Of a DNA stretch of 64,000 nucleotides, positions 9,264 through 17,894 are shown in pieces. Positions within the stretch are counted from its first letter, which is position 1, and the number at the start of each line of letters is the position of its first letter. This stretch comes from an uncultured Dehalococcoidia bacterium (GTDB lineage Bacteria; Chloroflexota; Dehalococcoidia; Lucifugimonadales; UBA1127): the NCBI GenBank assembly GCA_913049785.1, contig CAJWXP010000002.1, forward strand, positions 24,368-88,367, read 5' to 3'. The position numbers were made by a program, and so were the translations under genes. The notes under the pieces were generated by a model. That model was not told where the DNA came from, searched no databases, and was given only the letters and a program-made list of their open reading frames with translations.

Positions 9264-10046
9264 ATGATCGGGGCAAACACCCTTAAGGCAAAACTACGGA
9301 AGGGCGAGGGTGTGCTTGGTGCCTTCAACGCTCTGCCCTCTCCGGACGCAGTTGAGATCCTGGGCTTCATGGGCATGGACTTTGTCATCATCGATGCCGA
9401 GCACGGGGTTTCGACCCTGGAGTCCTGCGAGCATCAGGTACGCGCAGCCGAAGCCGTAGGCATCTCGACCATGATGCGCATCGCTCTGAACATGCCGCAG
9501 AACATCCTCCGGCACCTGGACACCGGCGTCATGGGCGCCCAGATCCCCCAAGTGGATTCCGCTGAAGAGGCAAGGGCCGTGGTGGACGCCGTTCGTTACC
9601 CTCCGTTGGGCAAACGTGGTTTAGCTGGCGTCCGTGCCGCCGGATACGGCGTGGCGATGCCGCTAGGCGACTGCGTGAAGAAGGCCAACGAGGAGCTTAT
9701 CCTCTGTGTCCAGATCGAGACGACAAAGGCTATCGAGAACGCTGCTGAGATTGTCGCCGTGGATGGCATCGACCTTGTATTCCTTGGCCCCACAGACATC
9801 TCTTCCTCCATGGGTTTCGCGGGCCAACCGACGCACCCTGAGGTCATGGAGGCCATTGAACACGTCGGCAAGGCTGCGGTATCCGCTGGTAAGTGGGCTG
9901 GAACCATCGCACGTGATGCAGATGCCTATGAGCACTGGCGGAACGTTGGCTACCAGTATCTCTGCACGGGCGTCGCCAATCTGCTGGCGAATGGAGCCAA
10001 GCAGTTCATGGATAGCTGTCGAGAGCGGGAGAAGGCTGGCGCCTAG
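9264..10046 (+). CDS. HpcH/HpaI family aldolase (GarL-like 2-keto-3-deoxy-acid aldolase)
   Basis: The motifs IIDAEHG, RYPPLGKRG, QIET and GPTDIS are present. A GGAGGA SD precedes the start. Confidence 0.85.
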   Translation: MIGANTLKAKLRKGEGVLGAFNALPSPDAVEILGFMGMDFVIIDAEHGVSTLESCEHQVRAAEAVGISTMMRIALNMPQNILRHLDTGVMGAQIPQVDSAEEARAVVDAVRYPPLGKRGLAGVRAAGYGVAMPLGDCVKKANEELILCVQIETTKAIENAAEIVAVDGIDLVFLGPTDISSSMGFAGQPTHPEVMEAIEHVGKAAVSAGKWAGTIARDADAYEHWRNVGYQYLCTGVANLLANGAKQFMDSCREREKAGA

Positions 10047-10070
10047 CCAGGGCTGCATACAAGTCACTCC

Positions 10071-10096
10071 GTTCACCCTGAGCTTGTCGAAGGAGC
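10071..10096 (+). repeat. Solo GTCAyyCTGAG-type repeat
   Basis: The sequence gttcaccctgagcttgtcgaaggagc can be compared with gtgtcattctgagcgacgcgaagaatc at 44114 and gtgtcattctggaggagcg at 26485. Confidence 0.4.
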
Positions 10097-10143
10097 GTCG
10101 GGGCGGAAAAAGTTACAAGAAACAGAACGTAGAGGACAAAATC

Positions 10144-11037
10144 ATGAAAGTAGGTTTCGTCGGACTGGGACTGATGGGTGCTCCCATGAGTCGCAACCTG
10201 TTGAAGGCCGGTCACACCGTCAAGGCCTGGAACCGGACCAAGTCAAAGGTGGATGCCTTTGTGGCCGATGGCGGCGAAGCGGCTAGCTCGCCCCAGGATG
10301 CCGCCGAGGGCGCTGACGTCGTCATAATCATGGTCACAGACTCCCCGGACGTACAGGCTGTCGTGCTGGGTGAAGGCGGCGTGGTCCACGGGATGAGCAG
10401 CGGCAGCGTGTTGATCGATATGAGCACCATCTCGCCTGAGGTCACACGGGAGATTGGCGCAACGTTGGGTGAGCATGGCGTTCAGATGCTGGATGCCCCC
10501 GTCAGCGGTGGGGTGCTCGGCGCGCAGAATGCCGCGTTGTCCATCATGGTGGGTGGCCCCACAGACGCCTTCGAGCGCGTGACGCCTCTCTTCGAGGCAA
10601 TGGGTCAGCGCATCACCTATTGCGGCGGGCCGGGTATGGGTCAGGTGACCAAGTTAGTGAACCAGGTCATCGTCGCTGGGACCATGGCGGCTGTCTCTGA
10701 GGGCCTGCTCTTCGGTGCAGCGGCTGGGGTCGACCTGGATGCTGCGTTCAAGGCAGTCTCTGGCGGCGCGGCGAACTCCTGGCAGTTGGAGAACCTGGGC
10801 GCCAAACTGTTGCAGGACGATTTCGCTCCGGGGTTCATGGTGAAACTCCAACAGAAGGACCTGCGACTCGTCCTGGAGTCCGCCAAGGAGATGAATCTGC
10901 CGATGTTTACAACACCCATCGTCCACAACATGTATCGCGCCGTGGAGGGCCAGGGGCACAGCGATGAGGGCACTCAGGCGTACATCAAAGGCTTGGAAGC
11001 TTTGGCCGGCGTGAAAGCCCGCTCAGAAAAGTCTTAA
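10144..11037 (+). CDS. NAD(P)-dependent beta-hydroxyacid dehydrogenase (3-hydroxyisobutyrate / tartronate-semialdehyde reductase family)
   Basis: The Rossmann N-terminus MKVGFVGLGLMGAPMSRNL and the DAPVSGG motif are present. The listed ORF (9706..) is an upstream run-on, so I placed the start at the ATG at 10144. Confidence 0.88.
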   Translation: MKVGFVGLGLMGAPMSRNLLKAGHTVKAWNRTKSKVDAFVADGGEAASSPQDAAEGADVVIIMVTDSPDVQAVVLGEGGVVHGMSSGSVLIDMSTISPEVTREIGATLGEHGVQMLDAPVSGGVLGAQNAALSIMVGGPTDAFERVTPLFEAMGQRITYCGGPGMGQVTKLVNQVIVAGTMAAVSEGLLFGAAAGVDLDAAFKAVSGGAANSWQLENLGAKLLQDDFAPGFMVKLQQKDLRLVLESAKEMNLPMFTTPIVHNMYRAVEGQGHSDEGTQAYIKGLEALAGVKARSEKS

Positions 11038-11048
11038 GAGAGACCGCT

Positions 11049-11528
11049 GTGAAGCTCCAGTTCGGCAACAACGTACCCGGCCCCATTGAAGAGGTCTACG
11101 AGTTTGTGACCGGCGTGGGGCCTGATGGGCCACTCGACAGGGCGATCTTCGCTCAGAGGTACGGCGAGATCGAAGAGGAGAGCGACGAGGGCATCCTGAC
11201 GAGGGTGGCCGATGGCGATGCTGAGGTCACTTGGCGATCCACGTTCGACTACCCGGATCGACGTCTCATGATGGTTGATTCCTCTTCTTCCGATCGTGAG
11301 GACATCTTCATAACGGTGAGGGGTGGCACCAAGTGGACGGTGGTCATCCACTCCAAAAAGGGGGGCATCCCCGGGCTGATGCAGTGGTTCTATTTCCAGG
11401 TCATCGGAAAGTACAGGGTTGGGGTGCCGGTGATCTCGCCGGTGATCTTTCACTTCCGCAGGAAGGCCAGAGATGCGGAGCGTGAAGCCGCGGAAACCCT
11501 ACCAATATCACCTGACACAGAAGACTAG
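11049..11528 (+). CDS. Hypothetical protein (possibly SRPBCC-like fold)
   Basis: 159-aa ORF with a GTG start 12 nt after the upstream stop. Codon usage looks coding. I recognised no diagnostic motif. Confidence 0.5.
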   Translation: MKLQFGNNVPGPIEEVYEFVTGVGPDGPLDRAIFAQRYGEIEEESDEGILTRVADGDAEVTWRSTFDYPDRRLMMVDSSSSDREDIFITVRGGTKWTVVIHSKKGGIPGLMQWFYFQVIGKYRVGVPVISPVIFHFRRKARDAEREAAETLPISPDTED

Positions 11529-11532
11529 CTCC

Positions 11533-12369
11533 TTACGCCAGCAGCACGTTATCGATGAGGCGTGTCTCGCCGATGGTCACCGCCAACGAAGCAAGCGCTG
11601 GCCTGTCGATGCCCGTAAGCTCCTCCAGCGTCTCCGCATCTGCCACGCTCACGTAGTCGATACTTGCCAGAGCCTCGCCAACGAGACACTCGCGCATCGC
11701 CTCGCGCACCGTGTCGGCGTCTCGTTGGCCTCGCAGCGAAAGCTCTCGGGCCAGACACAACGCGCGATAGAGCACCGGTGCCGCCTGACGTTCAGCGTAT
11801 GAGAGGTGTGTGTTTCTACTCGATAAGGCCAGCCCATCGCGCTCCCGCACCGTAGGTACAGCGATGATGTCCACACTCAGAGCAAGGTCCTCCACCATGT
11901 GACGTATGACCATGATCTGCTGGGCGTCCTTCTGGCCGAAGTAGCTGCGGTCAGGGCGGAGCGTATTGAACAGCTTCAGGACAACGGTGCAGACGCCTCG
12001 GAAATGGCCGGGCCGGTGTACACCCTCCAACTGTTCGGCAACCTTTCCAGGCTCTACCCAGGTATCGAACCCCGGCGGGTACATCTCGGAGTCCGTAGGC
12101 ATGAACACCAGGTCTACGCCCTCTTCCCGCAGTACACGCAGGTCTTCCTGGATGCCGCTGGGGTAGGCCGCCAGGTCTGTCTGGTCGCCGAACTGCGTGG
12201 GGTTCACGTAGATACTGGCGACGACCGTGGAGCACTCTTCCCGTGCCCGTCGCACCAAAGCTAGGTGTCCGTCATGCAGAGCGCCCATAGTGAGGACGGC
12301 ACCTACGGGGGGGTGTTCCACCCCTTTTAGAGCCTGACGGACTTCTGAGATCGTTGTGCAGATTTCCAT
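11533..12369 (-). CDS. panC: Pantoate--beta-alanine ligase
   Basis: The motifs TMGALHDGHLALV (HIGH-like), the YFGQKD.QQ region and SSRN are present. Confidence 0.93.
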   Translation of the reverse strand: MEICTTISEVRQALKGVEHPPVGAVLTMGALHDGHLALVRRAREECSTVVASIYVNPTQFGDQTDLAAYPSGIQEDLRVLREEGVDLVFMPTDSEMYPPGFDTWVEPGKVAEQLEGVHRPGHFRGVCTVVLKLFNTLRPDRSYFGQKDAQQIMVIRHMVEDLALSVDIIAVPTVRERDGLALSSRNTHLSYAERQAAPVLYRALCLARELSLRGQRDADTVREAMRECLVGEALASIDYVSVADAETLEELTGIDRPALASLAVTIGETRLIDNVLLA

Positions 12370-12372
12370 GTG

Positions 12373-13206
12373 CTACGCCTGCGGAATATCCTTCAGGATT
12401 GAGTCTTCCGTGAGAAAGCTCTCTTTGCCCGTTGGGAACGTGCCCGCCTGCACTTCAGCGGCGTATGCAGCAATCGCATCCCGCATGGTGTCACCCAGAG
12501 TGGCGTAACGTTTGGCGTGCTTGGGAACGAAGGCGGTGTTCAGCCCAAGCATGTCGTTGATGACCTGCACCTGGGCATCGCAGCCTACGCCGGCACCGAT
12601 ACCGATGGTGGGGATGGTCAGGCGTTGGCTGATGGTCTCGGCAACGCTGGCCGGGATCAACTCCAACACCACGGCGAAAGCACCGGCAGCTTCCAGGGCC
12701 AGGGCGTCTTCAACCAACTCATGGGCCTCTGCCGATGTCTTGCCCTGGACGCGATAGCCGCCGAGTTGGTGGACAGATTGTGGCGTCAGGCCTATGTGCC
12801 CCATCACGGGAATGCCCGCCTCCGTAATGCGTTTCACCGTATCGGCAACATGAACACCGCCCTCCAACTTCACAGCCTGAGCGCCTGCCTCCTGCAGGAA
12901 CCGGCCCGCATTGCTCAGGGCCTGGGCTTCGTCCAGGTTGTAGGAGAGGAACGGCATATCGCCTACCACCATCGCACGCTGGGTGCCTCGCACTACGGCT
13001 TTGGTGTGGTGAAGCATCTCCTCCATCGTCACCTTGACCGTGGAATCGTAGCCCAGAACCACCTGTCCAAGGCTGTCGCCGACCAGGATGACGGGCACGC
13101 CAGCCTCCTCCACAAGTTTGGCCGTGGGGTAGTCGTAGGCCGTCAGGACAGCAAACTTCTGGCCCTTCTTCTTGAACTCCTGGACGTTCCGTGTAGTAAC
13201 GCGCAT
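12373..13206 (-). CDS. panB: 3-methyl-2-oxobutanoate hydroxymethyltransferase
   Basis: The motifs TAYDYPTAK, VGDSLG, KLEGG, GHIGLTPQS and IGIGAG are present. Confidence 0.93.
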   Translation of the reverse strand: MRVTTRNVQEFKKKGQKFAVLTAYDYPTAKLVEEAGVPVILVGDSLGQVVLGYDSTVKVTMEEMLHHTKAVVRGTQRAMVVGDMPFLSYNLDEAQALSNAGRFLQEAGAQAVKLEGGVHVADTVKRITEAGIPVMGHIGLTPQSVHQLGGYRVQGKTSAEAHELVEDALALEAAGAFAVVLELIPASVAETISQRLTIPTIGIGAGVGCDAQVQVINDMLGLNTAFVPKHAKRYATLGDTMRDAIAAYAAEVQAGTFPTGKESFLTEDSILKDIPQA

Positions 13207-13216
13207 GGCTCTCCCC

Positions 13217-14116
13217 CTATTTCTCGTTACCGGTGGTTTGTAGCGAATTCGTCAATAACTCGCGTAGTTGTTGTTCTTCTTTTGCGCTGAGGCCTCCCTT
13301 GTCGCGAGCGATTGGAAGCGATGCCAGCGCAAGGTGGCTGTATATCGGTTGAAACGCAGGGGCCCGTGCTGCCAGCGCATTGATGTGTGACTGCATGGTT
13401 GCGACATCCCCGCGAACCATCGGGCCTGTTAACACCTCGGGGAAACCGCGACGCTCGATGCCGTCCAACGTGCTGCGTACCAGCGGTAGCAACGACCGAA
13501 GCCCAGCATCGCTGCCCTGGCCGAAGTCCGACCACAAGTCCGCCGACAGCTTCACAAGCGTGGCTAGCAGTCCGCATGCTGCGATAGCGCTGGCGTGGTA
13601 CAGAATCCTGTCTTCTGCAGCCAGGGCAATGGGCCATCCGCCAAGGTCGTTAGCCAGTGTTTCCAACTCTTCACGCAACGGCGACTCCGCTTCAACGGCG
13701 TAGGCGATGTCGCGCATGATGTTTGGACTGCCGTCGGAGCCGCCAAAGGTCTGCAGTGGGTGGAACGCTCCGATGAGCGCGCCGCCACGGTTGGCTGAAT
13801 CCAATATCGATAGTGGGGAAGCTCCAGAGCAGTGGATCACCACTTGTCCCGAACGCCACTGTGTCGCTGAGGCGACATCAAGAATCGCGCTGTCTGGAAC
13901 CGTTAGGAAAACGACACCGCAACGGTCAGCAACGTCTTGTACGGTGACTGCTTCGCAACCGTCGATACTCGACGCCAATCGCTCAGCGGAGGTTGTCGTC
14001 CGACTCGCCACAGAGGTTAAGTGGTGCCCGGCGTGTTGCATGGCACGGGCGAGCGTCGAACCCAATGCGCCAGCTCCCACGAATCCAATGCTGCCGGAAC
14101 GCAGGTCGGCGTTCAT
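13217..14116 (-). CDS. Rossmann-fold DUF2520-type oxidoreductase, first gene of the pan operon
   Basis: The N-terminus carries the dinucleotide fold IGFVGAGALGSTLA. The C-terminal half is helical. The gene lies 10 nt upstream of panB on the same strand. Confidence 0.7.
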   Translation of the reverse strand: MNADLRSGSIGFVGAGALGSTLARAMQHAGHHLTSVASRTTTSAERLASSIDGCEAVTVQDVADRCGVVFLTVPDSAILDVASATQWRSGQVVIHCSGASPLSILDSANRGGALIGAFHPLQTFGGSDGSPNIMRDIAYAVEAESPLREELETLANDLGGWPIALAAEDRILYHASAIAACGLLATLVKLSADLWSDFGQGSDAGLRSLLPLVRSTLDGIERRGFPEVLTGPMVRGDVATMQSHINALAARAPAFQPIYSHLALASLPIARDKGGLSAKEEQQLRELLTNSLQTTGNEK

Positions 14117-14292
14117 GAGAGAACACCCGCACGGGCATAAAACAACAAAGGCCTTCGATGCTCATGCGCCGAAGGCTCCTGGCTATAGGAAAATGAGTGC
14201 GTATTTGCCGTCGCGGTCATACTGATCCCCGCGGCTCATGTTTGGGTACCGAGAACCTGTTCACCACCCGAGCACAGGTTGGCGACACATTC
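14117..14292 (-). promoter_or_regulatory. Structured 5' leader of the DUF2520-panB-panC operon (candidate attenuator/riboswitch, possibly the pan RNA motif)
   Basis: On the minus strand there is a hairpin aacctgt-N13-acaggtt, then an imperfect gccgcgg/ccgcgac stem, then an intrinsic terminator about 20 nt before the ATG. Confidence 0.5.
14139..14177 (-). terminator. Intrinsic terminator inside the pan leader
   Basis: The minus strand reads gccuucgg-cgcaugagca-ucgaaggc followed by cuuuguuguuuu. Confidence 0.65.
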
Positions 14293-14320
14293 ATGATAGA
14301 CCACCGGCACACAGTGTCAA
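14293..14320 (-). promoter_or_regulatory. Sigma-70-like promoter for the pan leader
   Basis: On the minus strand: TTGACA, a 16-nt spacer, then TATCAT. Confidence 0.5.
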
Positions 14321-14350
14321 CCAGGGCTGTGCCCTGGACCCATATAACCT
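14321..14350 (+). repeat. Family-A repeat copy
   Basis: The sequence ccagggctgtgccctgg acccatataacct abuts the -35 element of the pan promoter. Confidence 0.7.
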
Positions 14351-14418
14351 ATTGGAAAAAAGAAAAACATTCTATCTGCCAAAGAAATTGGTGCGAAACG
14401 AGAGGGGGGATGATGAGG

Positions 14419-14928
14419 CTAGCTGCGCCGCAGTGTTCCTTGGAGCTGCACCCAGGCCTCGATGATGACGCGGTCTCTGGGAAACGCCAGAGGTGGAAGG
14501 TCGTTCACGGGGAAGAACCGGACATCTTGCACTTCTGGCGACTTGTCATGGAGCTCGCCGCCGACCCTCTCAGCACTGAACGCTGCCAGCACGATGGGTC
14601 GACCGGGCTCGGAGTACAGTCCCACCAACCCGTTGATGGTCACTTCGATGCCTGTCTCTTCGTAGGCTTCACGTCGCGCGGCCTCTTCAACCATCTCGCC
14701 CTGTTCAACGTATCCGCCGGGGGGTGCCCACAAGCCCTTCTCAGCGCCGTAGTTACGCTGTATGAGGAGCAGGCCATCGGCGTCACCCACAAGCGTGGCT
14801 GCGACAAGCTTTGGGCTAAGGCTGACGATGTTCTTGCACGTGGGGCAGAACGGCCGCCACAGACCGTCCACTGTCTCGGTAGTCAAAGGCGTCCTGCAGG
14901 CCGGACATCGCTCGAAGTCGCTGGTCAT
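14419..14928 (-). CDS. NUDIX hydrolase with N-terminal zinc ribbon
   Basis: The zinc ribbon reads CPAC..17 residues..CPTC. The Nudix box GGYVEQGEMVEEAARREAYEETGI is intact. The start was set at the ATG at 14928, which has an AAGGGGGA SD. Confidence 0.85.
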   Translation of the reverse strand: MTSDFERCPACRTPLTTETVDGLWRPFCPTCKNIVSLSPKLVAATLVGDADGLLLIQRNYGAEKGLWAPPGGYVEQGEMVEEAARREAYEETGIEVTINGLVGLYSEPGRPIVLAAFSAERVGGELHDKSPEVQDVRFFPVNDLPPLAFPRDRVIIEAWVQLQGTLRRS

Positions 14929-14939
14929 GGAATTCCCCC

Positions 14940-14967
14940 TTGGTTCAGGGCCTGCGCATGCTATAAT
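14940..14967 (+). promoter_or_regulatory. Putative promoter of the MmgE/PrpD gene
   Basis: TTGGTT, a 16-nt spacer, then TGcTATAAT (extended -10). Confidence 0.45.
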
Positions 14968-15023
14968 CCGCTGGCCCATTCCCTATGGGCTATGGTACAC
15001 CACACCAGGAGGTTCCCCAACCA

Positions 15024-16415
15024 ATGACAACAGCAGACCGCACCATCACGGAAGTCACAGCACGGTTCATCATAGATACGAACTATGCCGATCTGCCGGA
15101 TGCCCTCCGCAAAGAGGCCCAACGTTGCATTCTGGACGGCCTCGCAGTCATGCTGGCCGGCACAACAGAGGACTGCACTAAGATCATCCATCAATACATC
15201 ACCGATCTTGGTGTTTCCGGCTCGTCGAGGGTTCCCGGCACGAGCGCTTCGTATCCGGCGGAGTTCGCCGCCCTTGCCAGTGGCGTCAGCGGCCACGCCC
15301 ACGACTTCGATGACACACAGATCGCTTCTGCGCCCAACCGTGTCTACGGCCTGCTGACCCATCCAACGGTTCCCGCCCTTTCGGCGGCTCTGGCTGTGGG
15401 GCAAGAGACCGGCGCGTCCGGCAAGGATCTGATGACTGCCTTCTGCATAGGCCTGGAAGTGGAGTGTAAGCTCAACGAGGCTATCAACCCGCGACACTAT
15501 GAGCAGGGGTTCCACAGCACCGGCACCTTTGGTGTGTTCGCAGGCGCAGCAGTATCGGCCAAGCTCCTGGGGCTGAACCTGGATACAACACGCATGGCCC
15601 TCAGCATCGCTGCGTCAAAGAGCGCAGGCATCCGGTGCAATTTCGGCACTATGACCAAGCCCTACCACTCCGGTGCGGCGGCCCAGAACGGCGTCGTGGC
15701 GGCCCGGCTAGCGTCCATGGGTTACGAAGCTGACCCCTCCGGTCTGGACGGCCCCTGGGGCTACTTTGCAGTGGCTGGCGGCGGTGTCGATGAAGAGTAT
15801 GTTCGAGGCAAGCTCGGCAACCCTTGGGCACTACTTGACCCCGGCGTGTCTGTGAAGCCTTACCCCTGCGGCTCGCTGCTGCATCCGACGATGGACGCAT
15901 TGCGAGAGTTGGTCATCGAGAACGATGTTGCCCCTGAGAACATAGAGGATGTGCGACTTGGCACGGCGTCAAACGTAATCAACGCACTGCGGTATGCCGC
16001 ACCGGAGAACGCGCTGCAGGCCAAGTTCAGCATCCAATTCATGCTGGGCGTGCTGGCGCTGCGACGTAAGGCGGGCATCGCTGAGTTCCGCGACGATGTT
16101 GTCAGCAGCCCGGACGTTCAGGCGATGATGCAGCGTGTGAAGCCCTACCTCGACCCGGAGATCGAGGCACAGGGGTTCGAGCGAATCCGCAGTCGTGTGG
16201 AGGTTGTACTGAAGGACGGGAGCACCCTGACGCGGGAGGCTTCTGTGTCTCGTGGCACGCCTGAGCGACCCATGACTCCCGACGAGCTTGCAGAGAAGTT
16301 CATCGACTGCGCTACCGGTGTCATCAGCCCTGAGGCTATCACCAAGACCATCGAAACGGTACGCAACGTAGAGTCGTTGGCCAGCGTCAGCGAACTCCTT
16401 GACGCGCTGGGTTAG
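15024..16415 (+). CDS. MmgE/PrpD family protein (2-methylcitrate dehydratase-like)
   Basis: About 463 aa. The family-typical regions are AGTTEDCTKI, SGHAHDFDDT, FHSTGTFGVFAGA and KPYHSGAAAQNG. The start was set at the ATG at 15024, after AGGAGG. Confidence 0.85.
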   Translation: MTTADRTITEVTARFIIDTNYADLPDALRKEAQRCILDGLAVMLAGTTEDCTKIIHQYITDLGVSGSSRVPGTSASYPAEFAALASGVSGHAHDFDDTQIASAPNRVYGLLTHPTVPALSAALAVGQETGASGKDLMTAFCIGLEVECKLNEAINPRHYEQGFHSTGTFGVFAGAAVSAKLLGLNLDTTRMALSIAASKSAGIRCNFGTMTKPYHSGAAAQNGVVAARLASMGYEADPSGLDGPWGYFAVAGGGVDEEYVRGKLGNPWALLDPGVSVKPYPCGSLLHPTMDALRELVIENDVAPENIEDVRLGTASNVINALRYAAPENALQAKFSIQFMLGVLALRRKAGIAEFRDDVVSSPDVQAMMQRVKPYLDPEIEAQGFERIRSRVEVVLKDGSTLTREASVSRGTPERPMTPDELAEKFIDCATGVISPEAITKTIETVRNVESLASVSELLDALG

Positions 16416-16453
16416 CGAGGGTGGGGTGGGATGAAGCATACCTACTTCTCCCA

Positions 16454-16482
16454 TTGACGTAGCCGCAGCTACTCCCTACAAT
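16454..16482 (+). promoter_or_regulatory. Strong sigma-70-type promoter upstream of rplU
   Basis: TTGACG, a 17-nt spacer, then TACAAT, about 40 nt before the rplU GTG. Confidence 0.6.
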
Positions 16483-16523
16483 GAATGTTTGTCGCATATT
16501 GCATTTGAGAGGCGTTTATCATC

Positions 16524-17207
16524 GTGACCAGCTACGCAATTATTCAAACAGGTGGCAAGCAATACCAGGTGAAGTCCGGCGACGTCCTTGACGTTGAGAA
16601 GCTGGAAGCAGAGGTCGGCACCCGCGTGGAACTGGCTGATGTCAGGCTTGTATCGGAAGACTCCGGGTTATCTGTAGGCACACCTACCGTTGAAGGTGCA
16701 CTGGTCACGGCAGAGGTTGAGGATCAGTTCCGCGGCCCCAAGATCATCATTTTCAAGTACAAGAACAAGACGCACTACCGGAAGAAGAACGGGCATCGCC
16801 AGAGCTACACCCGGATTCGCATCCAGGACATCCTGACCGGTGGGGCGACACCTCCTCCGTTCGTGCCCAAGGCAAAGGTTGAAGCTGTAGCAGAAGCGCC
16901 GGTGGCAGAGGAACCAGTTGCTGAAGCGCCAGCGGTGGAAGCCCCAGCAAAGCCCGCACGTCGGACAAGGACTCGCGCAGCAGCGGCGACTACCACAACA
17001 GAGGCGACTACAGAGGCCGCAACTGAAGAGAAGCCGAAGCCTGCGCGTCGCACCAGAACACGTGCAGAGGCAACGACAGAGGCAGCTACCGACGAGAAGC
17101 TAGCACCAAAGCGTCGCACTCGTGCTACGGCGAAGAAAGATACAACAGAAACAACTCCGGAGGCTGAGACCCCAGCGGAAGAGTCCTCCGAAGAGACCCC
17201 CAAGTAG
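16524..17207 (+). CDS. rplU: 50S ribosomal protein L21 with a long low-complexity C-terminal extension
   Basis: The N-terminal about 103 aa (YAIIQTGGKQYQV...YRKKNGHRQSYTRIRI) form a canonical L21. About 125 further residues are rich in A/E/T/P and carry three K(P)ARRTRTRA-like repeats. Confidence 0.9.
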   Translation: MTSYAIIQTGGKQYQVKSGDVLDVEKLEAEVGTRVELADVRLVSEDSGLSVGTPTVEGALVTAEVEDQFRGPKIIIFKYKNKTHYRKKNGHRQSYTRIRIQDILTGGATPPPFVPKAKVEAVAEAPVAEEPVAEAPAVEAPAKPARRTRTRAAAATTTTEATTEAATEEKPKPARRTRTRAEATTEAATDEKLAPKRRTRATAKKDTTETTPEAETPAEESSEETPK

Positions 17208-17231
17208 ACCTGGATTTAGGGAGAGTAAAAC

Positions 17232-17492
17232 ATGGCTCACAAAAAAGGCGGCGGTTCCAGTCGTAACGGCAGGGATAGCCACGGCCAGCGTTTAGGCGTC
17301 AAGGTATACGGCGGCCAGCAGGTCCGGATCGGGTCAATCCTGGTACGGCAGCGCGGTACACGCATTATTGCCGGCAACAACGTGGGGCAGGGACGTGACT
17401 TCACACTGTTCGCCCTGGTTGACGGTGAGGTCAAGTATGAGTGGGCGATTAAGAACAAGAAGATGGCCAGTGTTTACCCGGTGCAGGCTTAG
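17232..17492 (+). CDS. rpmA: 50S ribosomal protein L27
   Basis: [16 protein letters not shown]...GNNVG.GRD; 86 aa. Confidence 0.95.
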   Translation: MAHKKGGGSSRNGRDSHGQRLGVKVYGGQQVRIGSILVRQRGTRIIAGNNVGQGRDFTLFALVDGEVKYEWAIKNKKMASVYPVQA

Positions 17493-17506
17493 CCCGGCAC
17501 CTTTAT

Positions 17507-17525
17507 CCCCTGGCGGTCATCTAAT
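17507..17525 (+). repeat. Tail-only fragment of the family-A repeat
   Basis: The sequence cccctggcggtcatctaat can be compared with ccctggcggtcacctat at 4464. Confidence 0.35.
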
Positions 17526-17601
17526 AGTAGGCGAGACAAATCTGCCATCCTGAGAAAATCGATGGGTGAGCGGGACAAAGGAAAAGGGACTAGGAACGAT
17601 C

Positions 17602-17805
17602 ATGAAGGTAGAAATACATCCAGAGTGGCATCCAGAGGCGCAGGTGACCTGCATTTGCGGTAACGCCTTCACCACTGGTTCAACCAAAGCAGAGATCCGA
17701 GTAGAGATCTGCAACCGATGTCACCCGTACTTCACGGGCGAGCAGCGAATTGTGGACACTGAGGGTAGGGTGGAGCGCATACGAAGGAGATATAATCTCA
17801 AGTAA
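17602..17805 (+). CDS. rpmE: 50S ribosomal protein L31 (zinc-binding type)
   Basis: MKVEIHPEW...C.C......C..CHPYFTG. The start was set at the ATG at 17602, 12 codons inside the listed ORF. Confidence 0.9.
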   Translation: MKVEIHPEWHPEAQVTCICGNAFTTGSTKAEIRVEICNRCHPYFTGEQRIVDTEGRVERIRRRYNLK

Positions 17806-17894
17806 GCGCCCGGACCTGGCCCTCGGGGTGGTGCAAACCACCCCGATTTCTTTTACTCGATAATAATCTGAGAGAAGACCCAAGGGGACAAGAG

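Noticed and set aside
9706-10143. The listed ORF 9706-11037 has an upstream extension.
   Set aside because: It overlaps the HpcH aldolase gene out of frame. The Rossmann N-terminus MKVGFVGLG at 10144 is the natural start.
17566-17601. The listed L31 ORF has an upstream start.
   Set aside because: The extra 12 residues ([12 protein letters not shown]) are not part of the conserved L31 N-terminus. MKVEIHPEW at 17602 matches the family.
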